A stretch of DNA of 64,000 nucleotides, taken from NCBI GenBank assembly GCA_964016885.1, contig OZ024740.1:126852001-126916000 (forward strand), given 5' to 3'. The position numbers and the translations under genes are program-made. Numbering within the stretch: the first letter of the stretch is position 1; each line of letters begins with the position of its first letter. This document shows, one piece after another, positions 41,586 through 56,536 of this stretch. Source of the DNA: Eledone cirrhosa (lineage: Eukaryota). The notes below the pieces were generated by a model that was not told the DNA's origin, searched no databases, and saw nothing but the letters and a program-made list of their open reading frames with translations.

Positions 41586-42298
41586 GAGACGTATAGAGAT
41601 TGTTTTAGCAAGAAGCTAACGGCATTCTATAACATATATGCGACTATAACGTCAAGATGGGAAAAGTAGTTAACGAAAGATTTAGGAAAAATAACTCAAA
41701 CTCATCTCAAAAGAGAATCAGGATACAAATTCATCCACAGAATTTAGTAAAATCCATGGAAAAATCTATAGACCTTTAACTCATGATAAAACAAAGTTTG
41801 AAACACTTATCCTTCAATTTGGAATAACATCAAATGCTCTGTATAGTCTTAAAAGACTATTTCATGAAAACTTTCAGTGGAGATGGTCACGGTTGGAATA
41901 TCATTCATCAGCAGAGCTCAACAGAAAACCAGGGCTCTCACAGTAATATAGTCCGAAAAAGGGAATTCTAAAACTGGCTAGTTCGCCCTCATGTGTATTT
42001 ATGAAAAAGCACATGAGGAAAAAACGGGGCTAGTGACGTCAGGATGGAAGTGAATGTTTATTTACAAGAAATAGCAGTCAAATACATTCTGAAAAAAAAC
42101 TCTACAAGGAGTTCAGAAAAATAGCAATAATTATCACAGTTTTTATGAAAAAAACCGGGGTTAGTCACAGATAGTTTAAGCACTCTAGGAAAAGAATCCG
42201 AGTAAAAATATAAATGAGACGTATAGAGATTGTTTTAGCAAGAAGCTAACGGCATTCTATAACATATATGCGACTATAACGTCAAGATGGGAAAAGTA
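41578..42298 (-). mobile_element. Non-coding 630-bp hammerhead element with 91-bp identical terminal direct repeats (retrozyme-like)
   Basis: 41578-41668 equals 42208-42298. No coding ORF, TA runs on both flanks, internal canonical hammerhead. Confidence 0.85.
41836..41917 (-). ncRNA. Canonical type I hammerhead ribozyme
   Basis: Stem I GCTCTG/CAGAGC, CTGATGA, stem II ATGA/TCAT, GAAA, stem III TAGTCT-TTTA-AGACTA, AUA cleavage triplet. Confidence 0.92.
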
Positions 42299-42325
42299 TA
42301 TATATATATATATATATATATATAA

Positions 42326-42374
<49 letters not shown>

Positions 42375-42474
42375 TATGTATACGTATATACATATATGTA
42401 TACAGACGTGCAGTAGTATGTATATATATACATCTTTGTTTTTGTAGATGGTGGTGCTAGTACGGAGTTAAATA

Positions 42475-42766
42475 TTATAATGAAATGACAGGAGGCTGGA
42501 CTTGTGTAAATCCTTGAGAGGTTTATTATACTATGATCATTCCAATGACCGGGTTCCGTATGAATCCGGTGATATCATCAGGTATTCGAAATATAATAAG
42601 TGAATGTAATAGATAAAATCCATGGGGCTGAAAATCAAAGACCCGAGGACGACCGCCATCCAGCATTTTCTACATTTGCCGGTCGCCCTCAACCCGGTCA
42701 TTGAAATGATCATAGTATAATAAACCTTCCAAGGATTTACACAAGTCCAGCCTCCTGTCATTTCAT

Positions 42767-42772
<6 letters not shown>
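42475..42772. mobile_element. Fold-back element with ~80-bp inverted arms
   Basis: 42477-42555 is inverted against 42691-42769. A CTGATGA lies on the minus strand at 42575-42581. Confidence 0.7.
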
Positions 42773-42813
<41 letters not shown>

Positions 42814-42821
42814 TATATATA

Positions 42822-44678
<1,857 letters not shown>

Positions 44679-46172
44679 GGAACGAGTAGGACCCCAACGG
44701 GTGAGCTCAAGCCGTTTCGACGGCTAATTCAGGATCAAATGAACATTTTTATCCTGGTACATGAATAGCCGAGCTTCTCAGGAGGTAATTCCATATATGG
44801 TAAAAGTGATTGTCATAAGGATTGGTCAAAAGTTTGTTGTTGAGACACATAATTCTATCATGGCAATTTGTGGAAGGAAGGGATAGCTGAACTTGCCAGT
44901 AGAAGTAAGAGGGAGAGGGAGTGGAGGAAACCCAGTTGTGCGTTTATAGTGCAAACTACAGCAGGATCCTAAGGGCAGGCGGTCAAGAAAGTATACTAGG
45001 GAGGGGGAGGGGGAGGAAGTCGAAACAATAAGTAAATCAATATGGAGTAAATATATAGAAGAATAATAACAATGTTAAAAAATATGAAAAAACAATTTCT
45101 GGTTACTATTCCCTTACTATTCCCTTATCAAGTCTCTCACTGGTACTGCTAAACTATAGAAAGTTTACTAGGTGGGACGGAATTGTTGTGAAAGAATTTT
45201 ATGAGTTAGTAGTAATCAACCAAATCTATCTTACAGTGACAGGTCAACGGGTAGGGGGCCAAAATACTAAAGAAACTACTACGAAATAATAATTCAGAGA
45301 CCCGAAACTAATACGAAATAATAATTCAGAATCCCGAAAATGAATACTAATACTATATGTAAGGGTGCCGCTAAGATACAAAAATTCTAATACAAACTTC
45401 ATAAATGTTCGTACGATATATATGAAAAATTTGATACGGAAAATTAATTCAGAACCCCCCCCCCCAAAAAAAAATACTGATATACGAGAAACTAAAGCAG
45501 AGATACCACTAAGAAAAGTAGAAAGCACGGAAATGGGGCAGCCATCGGATGAGAATGCAAGTATCTGGGGTCTATCACATCTGGTATAAAAAGCGGAGAC
45601 GGCCAATTCTATCATAGAATAGGGGATGGGGCTGGGGGTACTGAGGCTACAAAGGACCGAAGGGCTGCCTCGGGGTGGGCGAGAAAGTGAAAAGGACGAC
45701 GACAAAGGAGAACTGGGGTGGAAGGAGTAGGAAGGGATGGGGGAAGAAGGAAATATAGAGGAAACGATAAAGTGATATAAAATAAAATCTTACGTCTACC
45801 ATTGCAAACAGGGGTTACCCATTACAAAGTCGGCAAGTGGGGTGTTACAGCCCTTGTCTAACCCCCCCCCCCCCCTCCGGGTCATTATGGGGTTTGAAAG
45901 CGAGGTAAGTCCTACGCAATCAGTGTTTGCATGCAGTTACCAGTTCGTCTTTCTTGTTTAGGAGTTTTAGGATTTGGGCCGTCGAAAACAGCATTTGTAA
46001 AGTTTTCCCCGAGCATAAATTGCACGGACGGCGTCCTCCCGTGTAAGAGTTGGCTCTGGACAGTATGCTCCAAGTGAGATCATAGGTAATATTGTTATCT
46101 TTGAGGTCCCAGATGTGGCTCGAAAATGTGCGTTATGGTCCATCTGGTTCCTTACCACATTTCCTTCGTTAT
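44679..46172. mobile_element. Family D insertion: long minus arm (3' UTR) plus a short plus-strand 3' end
   Basis: 44679-44730 and 46126-46172 match the two parts of family D on opposite strands. TA flanks. Confidence 0.65.
44691..44786 (-). ncRNA. Complete family D hammerhead with one core mutation
   Basis: Stem I ACCTC/GGGGT, CTGAGAA (G8 to A), 55-nt stem II with CGGCTA/TAGCCG and AGGAT/ATCCT, GAAA-CGG...CCG-TT. Confidence 0.68.
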
Positions 46173-46230
46173 ATATATATATATATATATATATAGAAGA
46201 AGTGGTTACACAACAAGTTAGTTCACCATA

Positions 46231-46270
46231 CCGAGAACAATTGTTTTGCCTTACCGGATCTTCAGCTCGG
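46231..46270 (-). ncRNA. Hammerhead (family I, inverted arm), G12 mutated
   Basis: CCGAG-CTGAAGA-TCCGGTAAGGC-AAAA-CAATTG-TT-CTCGG. Confidence 0.6.
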
Positions 46271-46503
46271 GTTGTGTATGGTTATTGGAACAGGAAGGAC
46301 AACCGTACGAACGCGCATGCGCAGAAACTCGGTCAATTCACACAGGCAATACTAGACTGCGTGCGAGAATTGTAAGGGAGACAACTGCTTGTAGAGCTGT
46401 TTTTATGTGCCTGTGTATATGCGTATATTTATGAGTACTTATTTGTATGTATTTGTATGAGTGGCTGTTTGTTTGTATGAATATCGTGGTGTGTAGGTGC
46501 GAT

Positions 46504-47579
46504 GTGACGATGGACTGAATTTATCGAGCCATAAAAGTGGTCACGACCTCGACCGGTGTAAAAAAAGACGTTCTACCCTCAATGAGTTAGGCCTTAGCAT
46601 AACAGTAGCCACCAATTACTCTAGAGTAGATTTCTTGGACATTAATTTAAACCTTCGCACACACACACCCACATACCCTCCCATCAGCTAAACTAGAAAC
46701 TGAATTACATTCATAAGGACTCATGCCAACCTCCCACTGTATTTAGAAACATCGTTAAGAATATCAGTACTAGAATCTCAAACCTCTCCTCTTATAAGGC
46801 TATCTTTGACAGGGCGGCACCCGACTATGACAGGGCGTTGGCTAACTGCGGCTTCTCCACAACCTATCACTTACTCTCCCACTAGCAACAACACCATTAA
46901 AAAAGGTAAGCGCAACAATAGACAAACTATCTGGTTCTCTCCTCCCTTCTCACACAACGGTAAAAGCAATGTAGGAAAAACATGTCTAGCCCTCTTAGAT
47001 AGACACTTCATCATAGGTCATAAATACTGATCCATCTTTTACCGACACAAAGTTAAACTAGGATACTCCTGCGCTAAAAACATGAAGGCCCACACCACCA
47101 GCAGCCCTAGGAGCAACACTCCACCAGGGAGCTCATGCCGTAAACCTGAAGCTTGCCCCCTTCAACAGCAATGCAACACACCAGCTGTAATCTATGAAGC
47201 TGTGGTCACTTCCAACCGACCAAACGAACCACAGGAGGTCAAATCCTATGTGGGCATGGCGGAGGGCCGATTCAAGGAGCGTTTCCTGAACCATCTGTCT
47301 ACCTTCAGATACCCGGACAGACGTTCATCCACAAAACTCGCAAACCGCATATGGTCTCTCAACGCCTCAGGTATAGGCTACTCCATTCAATGGAAAGTCA
47401 TCACTAAGTCCAAGCCATACGCAAGGGGAAATCCGACGCGTGGCTTATGTATTGACGAACGAATAACTATCCTAAAGAGATTACGCAATAGTGATTGCCT
47501 AAACACGAGAAGTGAATTTTTCAAACGTTGTCCCCACGTCACCAAACATCTATTGCATAACTTAAAGGCTCTGGACTGA
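46504..47579 (+). pseudogene. 5'-truncated PLE ORF (RT from DDG onward, plus GIY-YIG)
   Basis: DDGL, DFLDINL, IWFSPPF, CRKPEACPL, VIYEA...SYVGMA...RF..H. Confidence 0.9.
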
Positions 47580-47764
47580 TTCTTTGTAATTTTATTTTTA
47601 ATTTTATTTTTATTTTATTTTCGACCTAAAAACTTTCCAGACTTTCGCAGTAGTCTCCCTACAAATCTCGCACGTAGTCTAGTATTGCCTGTGTGAAGTA
47701 ACCGAGTGTCTGCGCATGCGCATTCGTACGGTTGTCCTTCCTGTTTCTATAACCATACACATCC

Positions 47765-47802
47765 CGAGCTGAAGAGCCGCTAAGGTGAAACAATTGTTCT
47801 CG
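47765..47802 (+). ncRNA. Minimal type I hammerhead (family I)
   Basis: Stem I CGAG/CTCG, CTGAAGA, stem II GCC/GGT, GAAA, palindromic CAATTG, GUU site. Confidence 0.85.
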
Positions 47803-48057
47803 ATATGGTGAACTAACTTGTTGTGTAACCATTTGTACGTAACTCGTCCCTTGGACTGAGTGCTCTACCACTACGGATATTACCTTCCAGTGTTCCACCA
47901 CTATCCACGTCTCCAGCAGCGCTCAGCAGATTCTCCTCACTACGTAGAGGTTTGGCTTTTAGCAGATTGTTCACCACGTGCGAGTTTGGCTTACTACCCT
48001 GAGAGCGCTTTATATATCCTTGTGTCCTACACAATTTTGCGTTTCATCAACGTCAGT

Positions 48058-50156
48058 ATGAATTTATACGAACTGAATTACTGCCTGAAGAACATTCCAA
48101 CTCCCTCCAACCATGTTTACCAAAAGCTCCTCCTACAAAAAGCGGAGGATATCGTCAGACGCTTAAGATGGCGTGCCCTCGCTTTCGACGGCAAAATTAC
48201 AGGCACCAACAATACCTTCAACCTGAAATCAAGAGCCTACCCTCCAAAGGTAACCGAAATTTCTCCTTTCGAGACGGACCTTCTTGACTTAGTCGACAAC
48301 ACTTCCATTCCCAAACACACTAACACCTTTCAAACGAAACTCAGAAACGATATCAAGAAATTTAAGTCTTCTAATAACACCTTCGTCCTTTCCGACAAAA
48401 CTAATAATATTTACGAAGTCGACAACACCACTTTCCGCCACCTGGCCCATAACGCTATTACTTCTAAATATAAGAAAGCTAACCCTATGGCCTACCATGA
48501 CTTTAATACAGAAGCCAAGGAACTCGCCACCGACCTTAATGTAGATAAGAAGCTACAATCTCTAGCTAAGCGGGAGGCGTTCCTCACCCTCAAAGATCAC
48601 AAGGTAGACTTTACTTCTAACCGCACATGTAGACTAATAAACCCGGCACGCACAGATATTGGACTAGTCAGTAAAGCCATACTTAGAAACATAGTTAAGA
48701 CCATTAGGACCAAGTCAACCTGCCCCAGTGGGCGAACAGCAACTCCGTAATTAAGTGGTTTAACTCCTTAAAATCCAAAAAAGCTAAGTTCACACAGTTT
48801 GACATTGTCAATTTTTACCCGTAGATCTCAGAGACCCTGTTAAACAAAGCGTTGGACTTCGCTACCCCTTATACCACCGTCGATGGTTTAGACAGGGAAA
48901 TCATCGCTAACTGCCGGAAAACCCTCCTCTTCAACGAAGGAGTAGCCTGGGCAAAGAAGTCTACATCTTCAGACCTTTTCGACGTCTCCGTGGGATAGTT
49001 TGACAGTCCTGACGTATGTGACTTGGTTGGCCTTTTTATCTTAGACATATTACGTGTTAGATTCCCGGACTTCAACACGGGAATATACCGTGACGATGGA
49101 CTGACTCTATCGAGCCATAAAAGTGGTCACGACCGCGACCGGTTTAAAAAAGAATTAGCTTCTACCCGCAATGAGTTAGGCCTTAGGATGACAGTAGCCA
49201 TCAACCTCTCTAGCGTAGACTTCTTTGACATTAATTTAGACGTTCGCACACACATACCCTTCCATAAGCTAAACGAGAAACTTAATTACATTCACAAGGA
49301 CTCATGCTACCCTCCCACTGTTTTTAGAAACTTCGTTAATAATATCACTACTAGAATCTCAAACCTCTCCTCTAATAAGGCTGACATTGACAGTGCGACA
49401 CCCTTAAATAACACGGCGTTGGCTAACAACGGCTTCTCACAACCTATCACTTACTCTCCCACTAGCAACAACACCATTGAAAAAAGTAGGCGCAACAATA
49501 GACATACTATCTGGTTCTCTCTTCCCTTCTCACACAACGTTAAAACCAATGTAGGAAAAAAGACTAGCCCTCTTAGATAGACACTTCCCCATAAGTCATA
49601 AATACCGCTCCATCTTTAACCGACACAAAGTTAAACTAGGATACTCCTGGGCTAAAAACATGAAGGACCACATCACGAGCAGCACTAGGAGCAACACCCC
49701 ACCAGGGTGCTCTTGCGTAAGCCTGAAGCTTGCCCCCTTCAACAGCAATGCAACACACCAGCTGTAATCTATGAAGCTGTGGTCACTTCCAACCGACCAA
49801 ACGAACCACAGGAGGTCAAATCCTATGTGGGCATAGCGGAGGGCCGATTCAAGAAGCGTTTCCTTAAACACCAGTCTATCTTTAGATACCCGGACAGACG
49901 TTCATCCACGAAACTCGTGAGACACGTATGGTCTCTCATGGACTCAGGTATAGGCTACTCCATTCAATGGAAAGCCATCACTAAGTCCAAGCCATACGCA
50001 AGGGGAAATCCGATGTGAAGCTTATGTATTGACGAACGAATAACTATCCTAAAGAGATTACACAATAGTGATTGCCTAAACACGAGGTGTGAATTTTTCA
50101 CACGCTGTCCACACGTCACCAAACATCTATTGCATAACTACAAGCTTCCGGACTGA
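48058..50156 (+). pseudogene. Full-length but disrupted PLE RT/GIY-YIG ORF
   Basis: LKNIPTPS, RRLRWRA, SDKTNNIY, LKDHK, RLINP, GIYRDDGL, SYVGIA. Several stops and frameshifts. Confidence 0.92.
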
Positions 50157-50309
50157 TTCTTTTTAATTTTATTTTTAATTTTATTTTTTATTTTTATTTT
50201 TAATTTTATTTTAATTTTATTTTCAATCTAAAAACTTTCCTGGGTTTCGCAGTTGTCTCCCTTACACCTCTCGCACGTAGTATTGCCTGTGTGAAGTGAC
50301 CGAGTTTCT

Positions 50310-50382
<73 letters not shown>

Positions 50383-50403
50383 ATATTATATTATATATAT
50401 ATA

Positions 50404-50463
<60 letters not shown>

Positions 50464-50561
50464 TGTGTGAATATGTGTATGCATATATATATATGTATAT
50501 ATATATATGTGTATATATATGTGTATGTATGTATATATGTATATGTATATGTATATATATG

Positions 50562-50604
<43 letters not shown>

Positions 50605-50621
50605 ATGTATATGTATGTATA

Positions 50622-50673
<52 letters not shown>

Positions 50674-50759
50674 TATGTGTGTGTGTGTGTATATATATGT
50701 GTATATATGTGTGTATATGTGTGTGTGTATGTGTATATATATGTATGTATATACGTATG

Positions 50760-50792
<33 letters not shown>

Positions 50793-50945
50793 TCAGGTTA
50801 TCATTAATGTAGTGATAATATATCGTTACGTTAGAGATGAACAGCGTACGTGCAGGTTTGCTCAACGAGTATAAATTATATTCCGGAGAAAATGTAGAAA
50901 GGATGAATATAAAATGAAAGTGCTTTTTTTAAAAAGGAATTTATT

Positions 50946-51068
50946 AGGTATTGACATATGTTTCTGTAACAGACGGAATACCTATGTATCGCTGCTTGCG
51001 TAATCATATAATGTTAGCAAGTATTCGATAGCAAATGTATAATCAGTTGTCACGTCTTCAGAGATTTT
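50946..51068 (-). ncRNA. Hammerhead, long stem II variant (family J)
   Basis: CTGAAGA-C-GTGACA...TGTTAC-A-GAAA-CATATG-TC with a 90-nt stem II. Stem I is poorly paired. Confidence 0.68.
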
Positions 51069-51824
51069 GGATAAATTGGATAAAATCAGAAAAAATTGAA
51101 GTATTTATATTAGTAATAGAGGAAGAAAAAGAGGGGATAGTATATGACAGAGTTTAAATCAATTTACTGCTAAACAAGTATATAATGGGTTTCTAATGAG
51201 AATACCATGAGTAAATGGTTCATTTTATCTAAATAAGAATTTTTGGGAGTGCCAATTTTAATCTCTACTTGACCAATTGGACAGTGGACAGGGCTGGTCA
51301 TTTGGTGTAGTAGTATTAATTATAAAGTGTCAATTGGGGAAGGGGGAGATTTCGATTGCTACTGAATAACATCAATACTAGTAGCCAGCTGGTATATGCA
51401 TTAGGCAATTGAATCAAGAAATCAGAAATCTCATTTTATCTATAGCAGTTTATATTAAAAGGTAAATAATAGAAGAGTTGATAGAATTAAGACTAATAAA
51501 GAATGTTAATATCTATTTTGACAATCAAACGGAGATAGAGACAGGCGTTCAATCCTGGTAGTATTTATAATATGAAAATGTAGATTTTTAAGCGATGGTT
51601 ACAGTATAACGATCGCTCTATTCTGTTATTTAATAAAATGTTTTGGGATTTCATAATACAAAATCATTCTACATTACATAATTTACAAAATTCCTGTCCA
51701 TGGGATTATGGGGGGGGGGGGGGGGGGCAGCCGCTATTATATCCCATTTTAGGTGAAATTGTTGGTTATTTTCACGCAGCTGCCAAGCCTTGTCTGCGAG
51801 TGTTGTTACATAACGCTGGTTTTC

Positions 51825-51998
51825 ATGTTATATATATATATGTACATATATATATATGTATATATATATGTGTATATATGTATATGGGTATATATATATA
51901 TGTGTGTGTATGTGTGTATATGTGTATATGTGTGCGTATGTGTATCTGTGTGTGTGTATATATATATGTATTTATATATGTATGTGTATATATATGTA

Positions 51999-52029
<31 letters not shown>

Positions 52030-52132
52030 GTATATATATATATGTGTGTATATATATGTATATATATATACATATATGTGTGTATCAGTGTGTATGTATA
52101 TATGTATATATATATATGTATATATATATTTA

Positions 52133-52216
<84 letters not shown>

Positions 52217-52331
52217 TATATACATATATAAATATATATATACATATATATATATGCATATATACATACACACTGATACACACATATGTGTATATATATA
52301 TACATATATATACACACATATATATATATAC

Positions 52332-52362
<31 letters not shown>

Positions 52363-53068
52363 TACATATATATACACATACATATATAAATACATATATA
52401 TATACACACACACAGATACACATACGCACACATATACACATATACACACATACACACACATATATATATATACCCATATACATATATACACATATATATA
52501 TACATATATATATATGTACATATATATATATGTATATATATATGTTGTATATATGTATATGGGTATATATATATATGTGTGTGTATGTGTGTATATGTGT
52601 ATATGTGTGCGTATGTGTTGTATCTGTGTGTGTGTATATATATATGTATTTATATATGTATGTGTATATATACACACATACACACACATATATATATATA
52701 CCCATATACATATATACACATATATATATACATATATATATATGTACATATATATATATGTATATATATATGTGTATATATGTATATGGGTATATTATAT
52801 ATATGTGTGTGTATAGTGTGTATATGTGTATATGTGTGCGTATGTGTATCTGTGTGTGTGTATATATATATGTATTTATATATGTATGTGTATATATATG
52901 TATATATGTATATATATATATATTTATATGTATATATATATATGTGTGTATAATATATGTATATATATATACATATATGTGTGTATCAGTGTGTATGTAT
53001 ATATGTATATATATATATGTATATTATATATTTTATATATGTTATATATATATATATATATATATATA

Positions 53069-53109
<41 letters not shown>

Positions 53110-53123
53110 TGTGTGTGTATGTG

Positions 53124-53207
<84 letters not shown>

Positions 53208-53208
53208 C

Positions 53209-53239
<31 letters not shown>

Positions 53240-53240
53240 C
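51825..53240. repeat. Large low-complexity palindrome with further duplicated arms
   Basis: ORFs 51856-52389(+) and 51972-52505(-) translate almost identically, giving a centre near 52180. The unit recurs near 52545, 52670 and 52745. Confidence 0.85.
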
Positions 53241-53296
53241 AATAATGGCGTAGGACAGAACAAAGGAGAGGCACAGAAACAAAGAAAGGAATCCCC

Positions 53297-53341
53297 AGTC
53301 ACTGACGAGGTCACAGAGTGTGTGACGAAAGAACTATGACT
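53297..53341 (+). ncRNA. Minimal type I hammerhead (family H)
   Basis: Stem I AGTCA/TGACT, CTGACGA, extra G, stem II GTCAC/GTGAC, GAAA-GAAC-TA. Confidence 0.78.
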
Positions 53342-53487
53342 ATATATAAACAACTATCTGGTTTGTGGAACCAACCAACCAGAAATTTTAAATTTATAAA
53401 CTTATTATACATTTATTATAATAAATTGAAGTGAAAGCATGTGGTGCCGTGTGTTTCTTATTGGCAACATGACCCTCCCCAAAGTAT

Positions 53488-53528
<41 letters not shown>

Positions 53529-54018
53529 TGTATACGCTTGTGTGTGGTTGCGCGCGCGTGTGTGTGTGTGTTTGTGAAAGTGTCTGTTGACACCTGGAAT
53601 ACAGCTTAAGAGAAATTTGAAGATAATGATATGATAGGCACCCAATATTTTGAACTGGTCTATTGAATTATTTTGGCCTTTGTCACTCTAGATAGAACTT
53701 GAAAGAATTAGCTTTTAAAGAATATCCCTTTTCTTTAAATCCTTCAACCATGACCGACCCACAACGATCTTATAGACACTTGAAATATAGGCATTGTTAG
53801 CTTAAGAGAAACTTAAAAATAAGGAGTGGCTCCCCAATCTGAACTTGTTTATAGAATTATTTCTGCCTTTGTCACTCTAAATATAAATTATAGCTTTAAA
53901 TCATTAGCTATTAATGAATTCCCTTTTCTATCAACCAATGACCTCTACCCATCCCACTCCCCACCGTCTCCTACCACCTGAAAAGACCTATATATACTAA
54001 TTTTATTTTTGGATACCC

Positions 54019-54069
54019 AGATACCTGATGATTTCTAAAGAATGAAACAGTTCTAGTCCCGTAGAATCT
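54019..54069 (+). ncRNA. Hammerhead (family G)
   Basis: AGATAC-CTGATGA-TTTCTAAAGAAT-GAAA-CAG...CCG-TA-GAATCT, with single mismatches in the stems. Confidence 0.65.
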
Positions 54070-54099
54070 CATCTATATTAAAACTTATATATATATACA

Positions 54100-54156
<57 letters not shown>

Positions 54157-54177
54157 TTTTTTCTTTGTTTGTTTAGT

Positions 54178-56536
54178 TTATTTATAGTACTTGAATGTAT
54201 TTCTAATTCTATAGTTACATGTGATAATTAATTCTTGTCTTTTATTTAATAGAATGTCTTTCGATTTAGTTGTTTCAAAAATTTCTTGGGAACATATTCC
54301 ACACTCCTTTCTATCGCCCTGATAAGCAATGGCTCTTTTGAGAATCTTCCAAGTTAGGTTATAATTAATTTTCTTCTTTTTACAATTATTAACTGCTTCC
54401 GCTAAAGAAGTGGTATTAGCTAATCTTGTGTTTCGAAAACTGAGGTGTGTCCATAAAATCTCGATTTAAACGGATTAGATGTGGATCCAATATGAGATTG
54501 ATTAGTGTCCTTAGTTGTAATTATACATGTATACACTATATTATTAATTAAACAATTTCCATTTAAGGGGCAATTACTTTTTACTCTACAATTACAGGCG
54601 TTTGTACATAGGGTTTCAGATGTGTTTTCTATATTCCCAATAACAGTGCTAGTATTTGTATTTACATTATTATATGAGAGAGAAGGGTTTGCGGTTGCGT
54701 GGTCATGGCTCGAAGAGTTGTTAGTTGGTGAAATTATAGGGGATACAGTTTTTATAGAATCATGGTTGTTTTGGAATTTATTGTTCAGATTGGGTATATA
54801 ATTCTTAGTTCCTATTAAGGATGAGGAAGAGGGTAGTTGGTTGTAGGCTGATGTATTGTGTTGGTGAGGTGAGTGCGTGGATGTAACTGGTGGATAGGTA
54901 ATCGTATTCTGGTTATGCGTTGTAGTATTATTATAGTTAGTTTGTGTGTGGTGTGGTAGAGGAATACATGGAGTTTTTTTTACATTTATACATATTATAT
55001 GCTCTTATTTTTTTTGTATATTCCTCGATGTGGAGTAAGAAAATTTTACTGTATATCTTTTTAAGATTTGATGGTATTTGGGGTTAGGTGGGAAATGTTT
55101 ATCGAGAATTGCAAACAATTTTTTATGGATTTGGCTCATAGTTTGCAAGTTAAATGGAGCATTATACCATATTACGTTTCTTTTATGGTTTCTAATTCGT
55201 TTCTTATTGTTATATTGAGTATGTATAGAGGTTTGAGGGTAGATTTTGTTATCAGATGATACTATAATATTGTGATTGCTATTAAGGGTATGAACAAATC
55301 GTTTAGTAGATTTTTGAATTGTATTAGTTTTGATTTATTGTTTTTTGCTTGATTTATAGATGATATTGGGAGTTTTATTAATGGAGCCTTATTGAGTGGA
55401 CCTGGTATTTTGGTATTATTCTTGTTATTTATACTAGCTCGGATATATGTCTCTGGTTTATTAGATTGTAAATATGTGGGTTGCTTAGGTTGAAGGTTCA
55501 ATGAAATAGGTAATATATCATTAGGTTTATTGTGAGATTTAAGATATAAGATGTTATTATTAACTGCTTTTTAAAGATTAATGGAATTAGGTGTTTTCGA
55601 ATGGTTTGTAGTAATATTACTAGGTAGGTTATAGAAGTATTCAGAAGCGTTAGGATTGATGATTTTTAGAGAATTTGTGTCATTCATATTAATGCGGGTA
55701 CTAGAAGTAATTTTAGGATCTAGGTTTTTTGGTGCTTTATTGCTGGCATTCAATTTTAGGTGTTTCTTTTGGTGTTTGTCGTTTATGTTTAGTTGTATGT
55801 TGGAGGTATTTATGGTGTTAGGTATTTAAAAAGAGTTTATCCTTGTAGCCACTTCTAGCTAAAGTCTCATTATAATAAGGTGATTTTTATAGAATATTTC
55901 TTCTTGATAATAATTTAGATAATCTGAGTGAGATATGTACACTAGATTTTTTAGTATGGTACCAGGCTGATTAGATTGTGAGTGTATATAATGCAGGTTT
56001 TTGGTTTGGTTGATGGTAGGGTTGGTAAATGCCTGTTGATAGATCCAAAGTGATGTCGAGGAAATTGCTATTTTCAAAAGTAATGGTAAGATTATAGTAA
56101 TCTTTGAGGAATTTCGTAATTTGTTTTTTATTTCTCTCAATTGCTGAGAGACTAAGATTGTTAGATAGAAGAAGACAGTCATCGCGATATAGACCACCTT
56201 TAAGCTAGGAAAAAGAGGAATTTGAATTATATAGGAGAAAGAGGCCCACAAGGTCTGTAACCTGGGCGGAATCCATCGACCCCATAGTGATATCGTATGA
56301 ATCACTATATGTGTTTTGGGTCCAATACTCGTCTTGCAAGTCTAGTAGTGTTTGCCTGGCATGTGTAATGATGTTATTGTCCTTCTTAGGAGTGTCCCAT
56401 CTATTTTTGGCGAAAATTAATGCTTTGTTTACTAGTATGGGGGATATTGATGAATAATATGCATCGATGTCGAATTGGAAAAATGAAGCTGAGGGCTTAT
56501 TTTTGATGTCGATGAACTAATTGATAACTTGGGAAA
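54178..56536 (-). pseudogene. Degenerate PLE ORF related to family A (inverted arm)
   Basis: FQFDIDAYYSSISP, MGSMDSAQVTDLVGL, GGLYRDDCL, NLHYIHSQSN, CNCRVKSNCPL, HIGST, TFKYYK*. Confidence 0.88.

Larger units (their letters stand above)
46196..50314 (+). mobile_element. PLE family I: inverted pseudo-LTR, truncated copy and full-length copy in partial tandem
   Basis: Inverted arm 46196-46388, ORF remnants 46504-47579 and 48058-50156, TA flanks. Confidence 0.92.
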
